Below, one piece after another: positions 38,901-47,363 of a stretch of DNA of 64,000 nt. Below the pieces are notes generated by a model that did not search any database, was not told the origin of the DNA, and saw only the letters and a program-made list of their open reading frames with translations. A program made the position numbers and the translations under genes. The stretch's first letter is position 1. Each line of letters opens with the position of its first letter. Location of the stretch: assembly GCA_020631855.1 (NCBI GenBank), contig JACKGU010000001.1:103601-167600 (forward strand), in the 5' to 3' direction. This stretch comes from Candidatus Nomurabacteria bacterium. Its GTDB lineage: Bacteria > Patescibacteriota > WWE3 > UBA101185 > UBA10185.

Positions 38901-41900
38901 GTACCCGCAGTCATGTTTTTTATTTGAAACTGAACAACATACACAGATCCGTTTGAAAAAGAAATGGCCTGGCTGAGGTCGGCCGTTGCTCCGGCTGTAT
39001 GGGTAGCATATCCTGAAGCATTCCATGCCCAGTTTGTACCATATGTCCAATCGGAAGATGTTGCAAAGTCGCCGTTGGTTACCATTTCTGATCCAGGGGC
39101 AGTAATTGCCGACTTGCCCCTGAACGTAGATATGCCGGTATCAGAATCAACTGAAAAATAGTTTACGGCGGAACTATTTTGTACAGCTAAAGTTTTTGTA
39201 AATAGGCCTGCCCCATCTTTGCTAATACTGGCGAGTACTGTACCCCCGTTATTCTGCCACTCTTGCAAGTTAACGCTTTGCCCCGAAGCCCCTTTTACAA
39301 GAAGCCCTTTGCGAGCTGAGGTGGGGGATTCAATTTTTACTTGCGTTCCCGCATCTATGCTTGCGGTTCCGAAGGTAGAAACAGCTCCGCTGACAGTAAA
39401 ATAAGTCGAGTTGATATTTGTATAGGTAGCTTCTAGCGTGAGTTGCCCAGTGCCGTTCCTATATAAAAATGTATCAGACCCTAGAGCAATGCCTCCGGTT
39501 GCGGTAGTGTGGTTTGCAATTTCAAGTGCATGTGTTGCCGAGGTTGTTCCAATTCCAATATTACCGCTAGCATCGATAATGAAAGGAGTAGTGTCTGATC
39601 CTACATCGTTAACTCTAAAACTGTTTCCTGTACCTGTGTTGGTTATTGAAAATTCCTCACTACCATCTACTGCGATATCTGTACTTGCGTCAAGAGCCAT
39701 AGCATCTTTAAATTCAGTGAAGTCAAGAGAATCTGCAGTTATTGCTGTTGCTCCTATTGTACCTCCACTTAGTACGCCGGAAGAGGATGTCACTACCCCA
39801 TCAGATAATCCACTAAACGTTATTGTTCCGCTACTCGTGATACCTGCTGCCGCTATTATCTGCCCACTGCTATTTACCTGAAACAGATCTCCATTGCCTA
39901 CTGTTAATGCTGATGCGGGAGAGGTGTCCCCGATGCCGACTTTACCTGTTATTGTCATATTTGCAAGATATCCCCCTGAGTTTAGAACTCTTATATAACT
40001 GTCAGCATCATTTCTCCAAGCGTCAAGACCCAGCTCTGTCCTTGTTGCTCTAAATGTGCTTGTGCTTGAATCTCGAACAATAGAAGTAGCCTTACCGTTT
40101 ACGGTGTCAAAAAAGAATCTAACAGTACCTCCGTTGTCTCCTGCAATCTCGAGAGGATAGCTAGGGCTTGTTGTCCCAATCCCCACATTGCCGTTGTCTA
40201 AAATTACTACCTCACTTGTAGTATCGCCGTCAGGATCAAAGCCAAGATAATTACTGGTAGTGTTATATCCCAGGATAGCTTCATTGCCAGTATCACCAAT
40301 ATGAATACTCGATCCTTTTACAAATAATTCAGTCCAGCGAGAACTTGATGAACCAAGACTACTCACACCATCAGCCGCAGGCAAGAAATCATCAGAAGCA
40401 ATTAAGTCAGAACCGTTCCATCTAAGATATTCAGTCGCACCGTTTCCAAAATAGAGATAATTAGCCAACTCAATATCACCGGCCACGTCCAGTAGCTGGC
40501 CGGGACTGGCTGTTCCTATACCTACATTGCCCGAAGAATTTATGACCATTCTTTGTGTTCCAGAGGTTGTTGTGTTATTGGCAGCTGTAGTAAAGATAAT
40601 ATCTGTTGCAGCATTTAACAAAGAAGTGCCTCCGCCAAAATTTATAACATTTGTAGAAGTCCCGGACCCAGCATTAAAAATAGCAAATGGTTCTTCAGCG
40701 TTATTGTAGTGAGCAATTCCAAGTCGGGCATTTTTTGAAGTCGCGTCTGTTCTTGTTGTATATAAATTATCTGCCCCCAGTAAGAGTGAAACTGAACCGT
40801 TTGATATATCGAGTCCTGCACTAGGGGTATTCGTACTAATACCTACAAGGCCGGCAGTATCTATAAATAGTCTTTGAGTTCCATCTGTAAGTAAGGCAAG
40901 GCTTCGGGCCGACCCACCGCCGGAGCCTTTTGAAGTTCCAACACTCAACACATTCGAGCTCCAATAAAAATCACCACGTTCGTATGAGGTTCCCGAGGAG
41001 TAGGTATTATAGATTCGGAAGGACTGCGCATTTGTAGAGTTTCGAAGTGAAATGTTGTTTGCACCGTCGGAAAGTAAAAATGCACTAGGCCCTGTTGTGG
41101 AATTAAACCCAAGAGCATAGCCGGCTTGTATTGCTAACGCCGCAGTGGCATTGTTGATGCCTAGTAAATCGGCACCGGATTTTGAAAAGAATATTGCCGA
41201 CCCGCTTTGTCTCATACCTATTCCGGTTGCATTTCCAAAAGATAATGACGGGGCCGCTGCGGTTCCATCAGGCAGCAAAAGTTGCCCTGATGCTAGCTCC
41301 AAAGTACCCCCCGGCGTTGCGGTTCCAATGCCAACTCGGTGTGTGCTTGAATCAACATATAAATCATTTGTGTTTACTGTAAAGTCTCCGGTTCCGGAAA
41401 GTCCGATGTTGAAGTTACTCCCGCCCGCAGGATTAAAAGTTATCGCGCCGGTTGTTTGAGTAAAGGTTGTTGAGGCACCGTCAAGCGTGACACTAGTGCT
41501 TGCAATATTTAAGGCGCCGTCTACATTAAGATCTCCCGCTATAGTTAAAGTATTTCCGGACTCATAGGTGTCGTTTGCGTTTGATCTCAAAAAATCACTC
41601 CCGGCAAAAGATCCCAGCTGGTCAGCCGTTTTAGCATTAAATGCGTAAGGGACAGCTGCTAAAGTTTTTCTTGGAGAAAAGGTTTCTCCTTCTGAAAAGT
41701 CTCCGTTACCGCTAGGATCAAATTCAACCTCAATAAATAAAGATCCGCTGGTAAAATCAGGTCCCCCGTTCTGGTTACAGCTTGAGAAAGTTCCTCCGCA
41801 ATCTAGTTCTAATGTGAATACGTCGCCGAAGTCATCAAGCTCGACATCCGATTTTGTTTCTTGCCACACAAGTGTTCCTCCAGAAGAGGAAGTATATATG

Positions 41901-42163
41901 CTGACTCTAAAGTCGCATGTATCTGCGCCGCTTGTATTAATACAAGCGGCGTCCGAACTTGTTAAATTTGTGCCATCAGGGTTAACGATTTTTCCCTGGT
42001 AAACTAGGGCCTCGTTAATTGCAGCAAAAACTTTATGCCCAAAATTATTTAGATGATTGATAAGTAATAAAATAAAGAGTAAAGCCACAAATCTTGCAAC
42101 AGGCTTAGCCAAGCCCTTAGTTGCAAGTACTATGCGTTTGTAGGCAGTAGTTGTTAAGTTCAA
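35984..42163 (-). CDS. Giant (2059 aa) secreted/anchored fibre protein resembling a phage tail fibre, with GIGTxxP collar motifs, Gly/Asn-rich beta-helix repeats and a C-terminal peptidase-S74 intramolecular-chaperone domain
   Basis: An N-terminal signal-anchor is present. The collar motifs recur (RVGIGTATPGGTLELA, NVGIGTASPGQLLDVAGD, NVGIGTTSPSYPLEIAGD, RVGIGTTTPGSELHVVGN). The repeats are 'NVAIG..SL / NTAIG' type. The C-terminus carries 'SDRRLKDNIE...IEYHHLVPYLIKGIQEQEQKIEDLQ', which is the CIMCD cleavage/chaperone signature. Confidence 0.75.
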   Translation of the reverse strand: MNLTTTAYKRIVLATKGLAKPVARFVALLFILLLINHLNNFGHKVFAAINEALVYQGKIVNPDGTNLTSSDAACINTSGADTCDFRVSIYTSSSGGTLVWQETKSDVELDDFGDVFTLELDCGGTFSSCNQNGGPDFTSGSLFIEVEFDPSGNGDFSEGETFSPRKTLAAVPYAFNAKTADQLGSFAGSDFLRSNANDTYESGNTLTIAGDLNVDGALNIASTSVTLDGASTTFTQTTGAITFNPAGGSNFNIGLSGTGDFTVNTNDLYVDSSTHRVGIGTATPGGTLELASGQLLLPDGTAAAPSLSFGNATGIGMRQSGSAIFFSKSGADLLGINNATAALAIQAGYALGFNSTTGPSAFLLSDGANNISLRNSTNAQSFRIYNTYSSGTSYERGDFYWSSNVLSVGTSKGSGGGSARSLALLTDGTQRLFIDTAGLVGISTNTPSAGLDISNGSVSLLLGADNLYTTRTDATSKNARLGIAHYNNAEEPFAIFNAGSGTSTNVINFGGGTSLLNAATDIIFTTAANNTTTSGTQRMVINSSGNVGIGTASPGQLLDVAGDIELANYLYFGNGATEYLRWNGSDLIASDDFLPAADGVSSLGSSSSRWTELFVKGSSIHIGDTGNEAILGYNTTSNYLGFDPDGDTTSEVVILDNGNVGIGTTSPSYPLEIAGDNGGTVRFFFDTVNGKATSIVRDSSTSTFRATRTELGLDAWRNDADSYIRVLNSGGYLANMTITGKVGIGDTSPASALTVGNGDLFQVNSSGQIIAAAGITSSGTITFSGLSDGVVTSSSGVLSGGTIGATAITADSLDFTEFKDAMALDASTDIAVDGSEEFSITNTGTGNSFRVNDVGSDTTPFIIDASGNIGIGTTSATHALEIANHTTATGGIALGSDTFLYRNGTGQLTLEATYTNINSTYFTVSGAVSTFGTASIDAGTQVKIESPTSARKGLLVKGASGQSVNLQEWQNNGGTVLASISKDGAGLFTKTLAVQNSSAVNYFSVDSDTGISTFRGKSAITAPGSEMVTNGDFATSSDWTYGTNWAWNASGYATHTAGATADLSQAISFSNGSVYVVQFQIKNMTAGTVRVKVNGAQSPNLTTYDSNNNFAPVITAGASGGLVFTPSSDFDGSIDNVSVKLVTKNSAAVVLLDDTGTIVNEQRSLNGAFAFGTNALQYLGLASSGNVALGDSALRSAVSTSRNVAIGSGSLASMSYAGTGYNVAIGGASLYANETGVQNVAIGYGTLQKAKYSINNVAIGHSALYNLDGRNPDGNAGGNTAIGAATLSNLTVGYNNTAIGMNAMLYSTTAIANVAIGNGALQNNISGSSNNVIGTSNFTANTSGGSNVGVGSYVFLGNTTESGNTSIGAMSGSRIGGTRNAFLGYMAGYANFTVRTGLDYNTIVGSRAGYSLNGSSNVFLGYEAGYNEGGSNTLYIANSSTTTPLIYGLFSGAGAGLTIHSQNSAGVPLTVKGITSQSSNLQEWKDTGGTVLSAVAANGRIGAGTSAPDYALDVAGDIGLDQYIYHNGDANTYLSFTDDQLDVVAGGAAFLRLSEGTSDIMYVNPAATDIDFNIRGSSNSALFYVNAGTDRVGIGTTTPGSELHVVGNLELEDSYGKSTSLYTESFGSGDGYLRLDAGGTSGKSFVVRDIYDEVFHVGVSNGYSYFRDFLDVGDIVYAGGGFHIGNAVDANLLDDSSNGSGSTTMYIGNASINVTASDRRLKDNIETSNLNALELINRFEVVDFDWKEGTKWADRGRATGLIAQDVYEYLPQVVDKPDDPANTWSIEYHHLVPYLIKGIQEQEQKIEDLQEQLAQLEVDTETQTNLTQTNTIEVTPEDTTYIDSKIQELKDTYESFKGFAEALGLTTQTQDSTTTMTLDANFLVTGDTTLGGLTITKDLQVGSIRLESLTNELSVIGPSCYTKATGSLNEELCELQTIYFQKNLSGNIDFMDGAILFEADGTVRIEGEVEAAQIKTSELVFDKDSDYVGSGVLKAESTEVKIETKSIDANSKVIITPTSNTYNEVLYVYEKAEKEYFIVKTNSPVTEDIEFDWWIITIK
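36252..37333 (-). repeat. 1082 bp segment 100% identical to 47632..48713 (the shared 3' cassette of the two giant fibre genes, present as direct copies)
   Basis: Base-by-base comparison gives a constant offset of 11380. Identity breaks at 36251/47631 and at 37334/48714. Confidence 0.9.
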
Positions 42164-42225
42164 ATTTTTTCAGTTAGTTTCTTAAATTAACTATTTATAA
42201 GTTTATATTAATCGAATATGGAGTG

Positions 42226-43698
42226 TCAAAGATTTCGCTTGGATTTTGTAAGTTTTTTATATAGCAGGTAGTTGTTAAGATAAATGAAGACAAAGATTAC
42301 TGCCCAGACTATAGGGTCGTAATTTATATGTAAAGTAATGTCTTTGGTATAGAAAATATGTTTTTGGGTTGCATAGAACAGCTCCCGATGAACCAAAGGG
42401 GAAACCCCCACATCTATTTTATAAAGCCCCTGTTCAAATAGTAGGCTGTAGTCACCGTTCTTTGAAGTAAGTATGGGCGTTCCTTCAAAAAAATTAGTTG
42501 GCGTATAAGAATTCCAGACGTCTTTTTCATAATCGTATTGGTATAAACTTAGTCTGGCGTTTTTTACCGGACCGTCCTTAACCACCTTAGCTGTTATTAA
42601 AGCATTCGCGAACCGCCCCACGTGTTTAACTTTTATTAGCCCTAGTTTATCTAGAACAATAGGGATTTTCACTGTTTGAGGCTTGTTTGTGTTTTTAAGT
42701 TTAATCAAAATCAAGAGCTCGGAATATTTTTCTGTTGGCTTGATTTTGAAATATATGTTTTTATTTTTTGAATAGTAGTCGGAGGTGCCGTAAAGCAACG
42801 TGTATTCCTGTACTTCTTTTGGAAACATGAGGTTAAATCCTATTTCTGTCTCAGGTACTGTGTAGACTGGATATCCGTTTTCTCTAAAGAATAGCTCGTA
42901 GGGTATCCCTTCGACATCCACGTCGATTCTTATGTTTATGTCGTCTTTCGGATCTAGCGGATTGGTGCTATTTTCGATCTCGTCTCCATCTCTTATGCCG
43001 CCGCCGTCAGTGTCCGGGAGCAGGGGACTGGTGCTATACACTTTGACTTCCCGGAAATCGTTTAGCCTGTCATTGTCGGTATCTTTATAAAATGCGTTTG
43101 TTTTATATATTATTATTTCTTCATAATCATCTAGCCCGTCGTTATCGGTATCGCGATTTTTTGGATTTGTGTAGTATATAAATAATTCGTCGTAGTCATT
43201 TAATCCGTCCCCGTCTGTGTCTATATTGTAAGGATTAGTGCCAAAATATTTTTCGCTTATGTTGGGAACTCCATCTCCGTCGCTGTCAGCTCTGGGATCG
43301 GTGCCGGCCTTGTTGTCTTGCTTCTTATTATCATTGTCTGTTCCTTTGTTTACGCCTTCATAGTCGTCTGATGGGTCTAATGGGTTTTTGCCCTGACTTA
43401 TTTCCAAGCCATCCATTAGGCCCCCGCCATCTGTATCGGGATTAATCGGACTTGTTGTATAGCCATATTCCTGCAGGTTTAGCAATCCGTCATTGTCATT
43501 GTCAAGTGTAGCATCGCCCCCATCCCCGGGGTCTAGCCCATACAAGATTTCCCATGTATTGGGCATTCCGTCTTGGTCGTTATCATTTGAAACCTCAAGC
43601 GTTACTGTAGTTTGCTGTACTGTATCGGCAAAAGCCGGACTTAAGTGCGCCCAGTAAAGTCTAAGCATAGCGATAAGAAATATTAGGCAGTATGTCAT
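42226..43698 (-). CDS. Secreted protein with thrombospondin type-3-like Ca-binding repeats (DxDxDG), a beta-sandwich region and a C-terminal transmembrane anchor
   Basis: Repeated 'DTDGDGLNDYDE', 'DTDNDGLDDYEE', 'DSDGDGVPN' and 'DTDGGGIRDGDE' motifs are present. The C-terminal hydrophobic 'IVWAVIFVFIYL' is followed by a basic tail. Confidence 0.55.
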   Translation of the reverse strand: MTYCLIFLIAMLRLYWAHLSPAFADTVQQTTVTLEVSNDNDQDGMPNTWEILYGLDPGDGGDATLDNDNDGLLNLQEYGYTTSPINPDTDGGGLMDGLEISQGKNPLDPSDDYEGVNKGTDNDNKKQDNKAGTDPRADSDGDGVPNISEKYFGTNPYNIDTDGDGLNDYDELFIYYTNPKNRDTDNDGLDDYEEIIIYKTNAFYKDTDNDRLNDFREVKVYSTSPLLPDTDGGGIRDGDEIENSTNPLDPKDDINIRIDVDVEGIPYELFFRENGYPVYTVPETEIGFNLMFPKEVQEYTLLYGTSDYYSKNKNIYFKIKPTEKYSELLILIKLKNTNKPQTVKIPIVLDKLGLIKVKHVGRFANALITAKVVKDGPVKNARLSLYQYDYEKDVWNSYTPTNFFEGTPILTSKNGDYSLLFEQGLYKIDVGVSPLVHRELFYATQKHIFYTKDITLHINYDPIVWAVIFVFIYLNNYLLYKKLTKSKRNL

Positions 43699-43816
43699 TG
43701 CTATAATAATAATTCACCGAGCTCCTTTAGTCACTATATTCTTATATTTCTGGGGTATCCGCCTTATTTAGAAGAAAAAAATTCATGTAGTAACGAGGAA
43801 GTGCGCTGTATTTAAT

Positions 43817-43938
43817 TTATAATTTCATTACTTAAAACTGCTTGCGTAAGCTAGTAGACGTAGTTTACCTTACATGTTGGGTTTTGCAACGCAAATAAAT
43901 TACAGCAACCCTCCTGTGTGGGCTGGTTGGCTTTAAAA
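43817..43938 (+). repeat. Intergenic roughly 125 bp repeat element, copy F (between two minus-strand genes)
   Basis: TTATAATTTCATTACTTAAAACTGCTTGCGTAAGCTAGTAGACGTAGTTTACCTTACATGTTGGGTTTTGCAACGCAAAT... Confidence 0.7.
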
Positions 43939-43951
43939 AAATAACTTCGTA

Positions 43952-44944
43952 TTAGCTAAGTTTATTCTCTTTTTTAAAGGATAGCGCCGCGCGCCAAAGT
44001 ATAAATAGTGACAGTAGAACGCCAAGCAGTACTGTGAGTAGGAACTTCAAAGGAATTAGCCAAAAAGTAGTATCTGCTTCCATGGTGTTAAGCCTTTCGG
44101 TCGTGCCGTATTTTAGCAATATATTTGCTTGAATTTTTCCCATTGGCGGAACTAAGCCCCTTTTCGTTATTGTTGTTTTTTCTGAAAAGCTTCTATCCGG
44201 TGATTCCGGTAGCATTGTACTTTGGCTTTGATTAAAGATGGTATTAATTGGAGGAAAGAACCTGTTACCCTCAATAAATATTGCTCCGGTGGGTATGATA
44301 TGAACATTTCCTGAGTTTTTAATAGTTGTGGAAAATTCTATTTCAGGATTTTCAACGAAGTAAAATTTTTTATTTGTTTTAAAATCTACAATAGACGCAT
44401 TTTCTTCAATTTCTCCCGGAACAGTAGTTAGTATTAAGCTTGCCACTCTACCTATTGTTCCTACTCTTGAGCCTTCGTTTGCGTCAGGTTTTTCCGATTG
44501 AACAAATATGGCAGCGTAGTGCCCTCCTGTAGTTGCATTTTGCGGAACAGTAATGGTATAAGGTATTTCTATTGTTTCATTATCTTCAAGTTCTACTACG
44601 TCTTGCGCAAATGTGATCCAGGTTCGAAGAGAGTATGTGTTAGAGCCCTCCTCTTCCTGATTTTCTATAAAAGTAGGTGTTCCGTCGTTAGATAGAACTA
44701 AAAAATCTCTTGCGTAAATATATAAAGTTTTTTTAGATCCTGAGTAGTTTCCCAGCCTGAGTTTTTTTTCGTAGGTTTTTCCTTGTTCTATATTAAAGTT
44801 ATTCTTAGCAGGGGACAGTTCTATGTTTAAAGCCTGTGCGTTAGCTGTTTTATATGCGATTGAGGCAAAAGATGCCGAAATAATCACACCGATTAAACAT
44901 GTGAGCAGAAAATCTTTAGACTTAGCTATATCTTTAATATTCAT
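43952..44944 (-). CDS. Cell-surface protein with an N-terminal signal peptide and a C-terminal transmembrane anchor plus short basic tail (architecture reminiscent of DUF916/DUF3324 Gram-positive surface-complex proteins)
   Basis: The N-terminus is 'LLTCLIGVIISASFASIAYKTANA'. The C-terminus is 'FWLIPLKFLLTVLLGVLLSLFILWRAALSFKKENKLS'. Confidence 0.4.
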   Translation of the reverse strand: MNIKDIAKSKDFLLTCLIGVIISASFASIAYKTANAQALNIELSPAKNNFNIEQGKTYEKKLRLGNYSGSKKTLYIYARDFLVLSNDGTPTFIENQEEEGSNTYSLRTWITFAQDVVELEDNETIEIPYTITVPQNATTGGHYAAIFVQSEKPDANEGSRVGTIGRVASLILTTVPGEIEENASIVDFKTNKKFYFVENPEIEFSTTIKNSGNVHIIPTGAIFIEGNRFFPPINTIFNQSQSTMLPESPDRSFSEKTTITKRGLVPPMGKIQANILLKYGTTERLNTMEADTTFWLIPLKFLLTVLLGVLLSLFILWRAALSFKKENKLS

Positions 44945-44965
44945 ATCAAAATCATTTTACGGCAG

Positions 44966-45928
44966 TTAGTTGTTAGTTGCTACAGTAACCGTGACTATTT
45001 GATCGTATTCTCCGGCAACTGTAGTACCGGCAATGCTGGCTTTGTAGGTTAGTGTAAGCGTGGCCGCGTTTACAGCCGCAGTACTGTTAGCAATATTGGT
45101 GGCAGATGTAGGAACAGCATCGTCTCCGGAGTCAAATGGAGATTGCGCTGTCAGCCCCGATACGGCTGTTGATATTCCGTACTCTTCTGATCCTGCGGTC
45201 ACAGTTCCGTCAGCAACGTCGTTTATATCATTGCCGCTGCCATCGTTTAGCGCTGCATCCGCAGATATTTTAAGTTGTACGCCGGTAACGTTATTTGAAT
45301 TTACTGTGTAGGTTTGGGAGGCTGAGCTCACGGCTGTGGTTGTCAAAACCCCTAAATCCATGGTGACGTCATTTACCGCTAGGTTTACAAAAAGAGGCAC
45401 GGAAGCAGTTACAGTAGTAGTGTTAGTATTTGTTTTTATTCCTACACCATAGTCAAGAGAATTATTTGTTGAATCGGTTGTTGTTATAGCAACAGATTGT
45501 TGAGCATAAGTTGTTGAAGTGTAAGATGTAAGTCCGTCAGTCATTGCAACTGTTATGGCTGTAGAACCTGATATAGAAGCATCGAGCGTTATTGTAATTG
45601 TGTTTGCCGTGCTGTTGTTTGATCTGGTTGGTGTAGTTTGGCCTGTAACTGTTATGTTTGTTCCGGAAGCATTTATTGTTGCTTGAGTAGGAAAGGTTAG
45701 AATAATTTTGTCTCCGCTCGATAAAGCTGTTGTGTTGGTGAATACAACAGTAGTAGTTCCGGGGGAAGCAGACTGTGCCCATGTTCCATCGGATATTTTT
45801 GTTGCCGCCTGTACTTTGCCACCAAAAACAATCAGCATTAGTATATTTATATTTATTAAATAAGCAATTAAATAGATGGGAATGGTTTTAGCTAAAGACC
45901 TTTTTGTTAGTATTTTTCGGCAGTTCAT
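44966..45928 (-). CDS. Thr/Ser-rich secreted surface protein with a conserved C-terminal 'KASIAGTTVAGEYDQIVTVTV' strand motif
   Basis: A signal-anchor is present. The composition is roughly 35% Thr/Ser/Ala/Asn. It is paralogous at the C-terminus to the divergently transcribed 46036..47154 gene. Confidence 0.45.
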   Translation of the reverse strand: MNCRKILTKRSLAKTIPIYLIAYLININILMLIVFGGKVQAATKISDGTWAQSASPGTTTVVFTNTTALSSGDKIILTFPTQATINASGTNITVTGQTTPTRSNNSTANTITITLDASISGSTAITVAMTDGLTSYTSTTYAQQSVAITTTDSTNNSLDYGVGIKTNTNTTTVTASVPLFVNLAVNDVTMDLGVLTTTAVSSASQTYTVNSNNVTGVQLKISADAALNDGSGNDINDVADGTVTAGSEEYGISTAVSGLTAQSPFDSGDDAVPTSATNIANSTAAVNAATLTLTYKASIAGTTVAGEYDQIVTVTVATNN

Positions 45929-46035
45929 GGGCCCTTTCTTATTACGTAGAAAATTAGAACTTTTAGCCTGTAATAATTACATACAATGCTAGAGATTGTT
46001 TTTTGTTTTGTCAAGTTTAATCTATAATAGAGCAT

Positions 46036-47154
46036 ATGCTCGGAAATTATGAAAAATCAAGGACAACTGCTATTACTAATAGAAATGTAATTCAGGACGT
46101 TAACTTTAGCAGGCGGGCTATTGTTTTATCTGTTTTCATTTTTTTATACTTTTTCTTATTAAGTAGTTTCTTATCGATTAGTGCTCAGGTACCCGCAAGC
46201 TCGAGTTTTGTAATTAAGGGTGAAAATGTCTCTCCTTCCGGAGGTGTGGGCTCTACCCCCAATTTCATGTTAAATGCAGATTTAAGCCCTTTCTCTCAAA
46301 GCCCTGCTGATGCCAGCTCATTTAAAGCTTATATAGGTTATAATCCTCGTATACAGGCTAATACACCTTACGAACCAACTCTAGACAATGCTACCGGTCA
46401 ATACTACGATAGGTTACTACTTACCATTGACCCTTCGGGAAACCCCACAGATACTCTTTTTGCTGTTGCGATATCGGCAAACTCCTGGAGTACCACATAC
46501 TATGTACAAAACGATAACACTCTAGCATTGTCTTTAGGCCCTGAGGATTACAGAACTTATGCGGGTTGGGGAGGATCGGGAGGCACCCTGATCTTAGGGC
46601 TGAGCCCTTCCTCTTCTTATGTTGCCAAAGTTAAGGCCTTGAACGGTGATTTCACTGAGACTTTATATGGCCCGGAATCTTCTGCTGTAGAAACAGTGGT
46701 GCCTTTTATTAGTTTGTCTGTTTCTTCTTCTGTTTCGGAATTTGGGGTTTTAAGTGCAAATGAAATTAAATCGGCCTCTTCTGTCGATCTTTCTGTTACT
46801 ACAAACGCGGAGTCAGGTTATTCTCTCTCGGTAAATGGTACGGGCAGCGGTGTTCAGCCCGGACTGTACAATGGGGTGGGTAATGTCATAGTTTCTCAAG
46901 ATACTGTTCTTTCAGTTGGTACAGAAGGTTACGGAGCTCAGGGCTCCTCAGGTACTGCAACGATTTCTTCCAAATACGATTTAGCTGGTGACTTTGTAGG
47001 CAGCTTGGATCTATCTCCTCAGGAGCTTGCCTCCAACTCTGTGCCGGTTTCTGGTGATAGTTCTACCATAACTTTCAAAGCTTCAATTTCCGGAAATACC
47101 GTTGCCGGAGAGTATGAAGACATTGTTTATTTCACTATCTCCCCATCTTTATAA
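46036..47154 (+). CDS. Thr/Ser-rich secreted surface protein, a paralog of 44966..45928 (C-terminal 'KASISGNTVAGEYEDIVYFTI')
   Basis: An N-terminal transmembrane or signal sequence and the shared C-terminal motif are present. Confidence 0.45.
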   Translation: MLGNYEKSRTTAITNRNVIQDVNFSRRAIVLSVFIFLYFFLLSSFLSISAQVPASSSFVIKGENVSPSGGVGSTPNFMLNADLSPFSQSPADASSFKAYIGYNPRIQANTPYEPTLDNATGQYYDRLLLTIDPSGNPTDTLFAVAISANSWSTTYYVQNDNTLALSLGPEDYRTYAGWGGSGGTLILGLSPSSSYVAKVKALNGDFTETLYGPESSAVETVVPFISLSVSSSVSEFGVLSANEIKSASSVDLSVTTNAESGYSLSVNGTGSGVQPGLYNGVGNVIVSQDTVLSVGTEGYGAQGSSGTATISSKYDLAGDFVGSLDLSPQELASNSVPVSGDSSTITFKASISGNTVAGEYEDIVYFTISPSL

Positions 47155-47271
47155 TTTCGTTACTTAAAACTACTTGTGTAAGCTAGTAGATGTATTTTAT
47201 CCAACATGTTGGGCTTTGCAACGCAAAGAAATTACAGCAAACCATCTGTGTAAGCTGGTGTTGGTTGGTAG
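47149..47271 (+). repeat. Intergenic roughly 125 bp repeat element, copy G (overlaps the TAA stop of the upstream gene)
   Basis: TTATAATTTCGTTACTTAAAACTACTTGTGTAAGCTAGTAGATGTATTTTATCCAACATGTTGGGCTTTGCAACGCAAAG... Confidence 0.75.
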
Positions 47272-47363
47272 TTATTGCTAAGTATACACGCAGGAACAAA
47301 CCATTTCTCATAGTTTGACATGGAGATTGCCTATTTTACCAGTGCTCCCCAAGTCGCATTTTT

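Noticed and set aside
43952-44944. Calling the 330-aa anchored protein a DUF916/WxL-locus (CscA-like) component
   Set aside because: Only the architecture matches (signal peptide, C-terminal transmembrane helix and basic tail). No WxL-motif proteins are present in the locus and I cannot verify the domain without an HMM search, so it is left as a generic surface protein.
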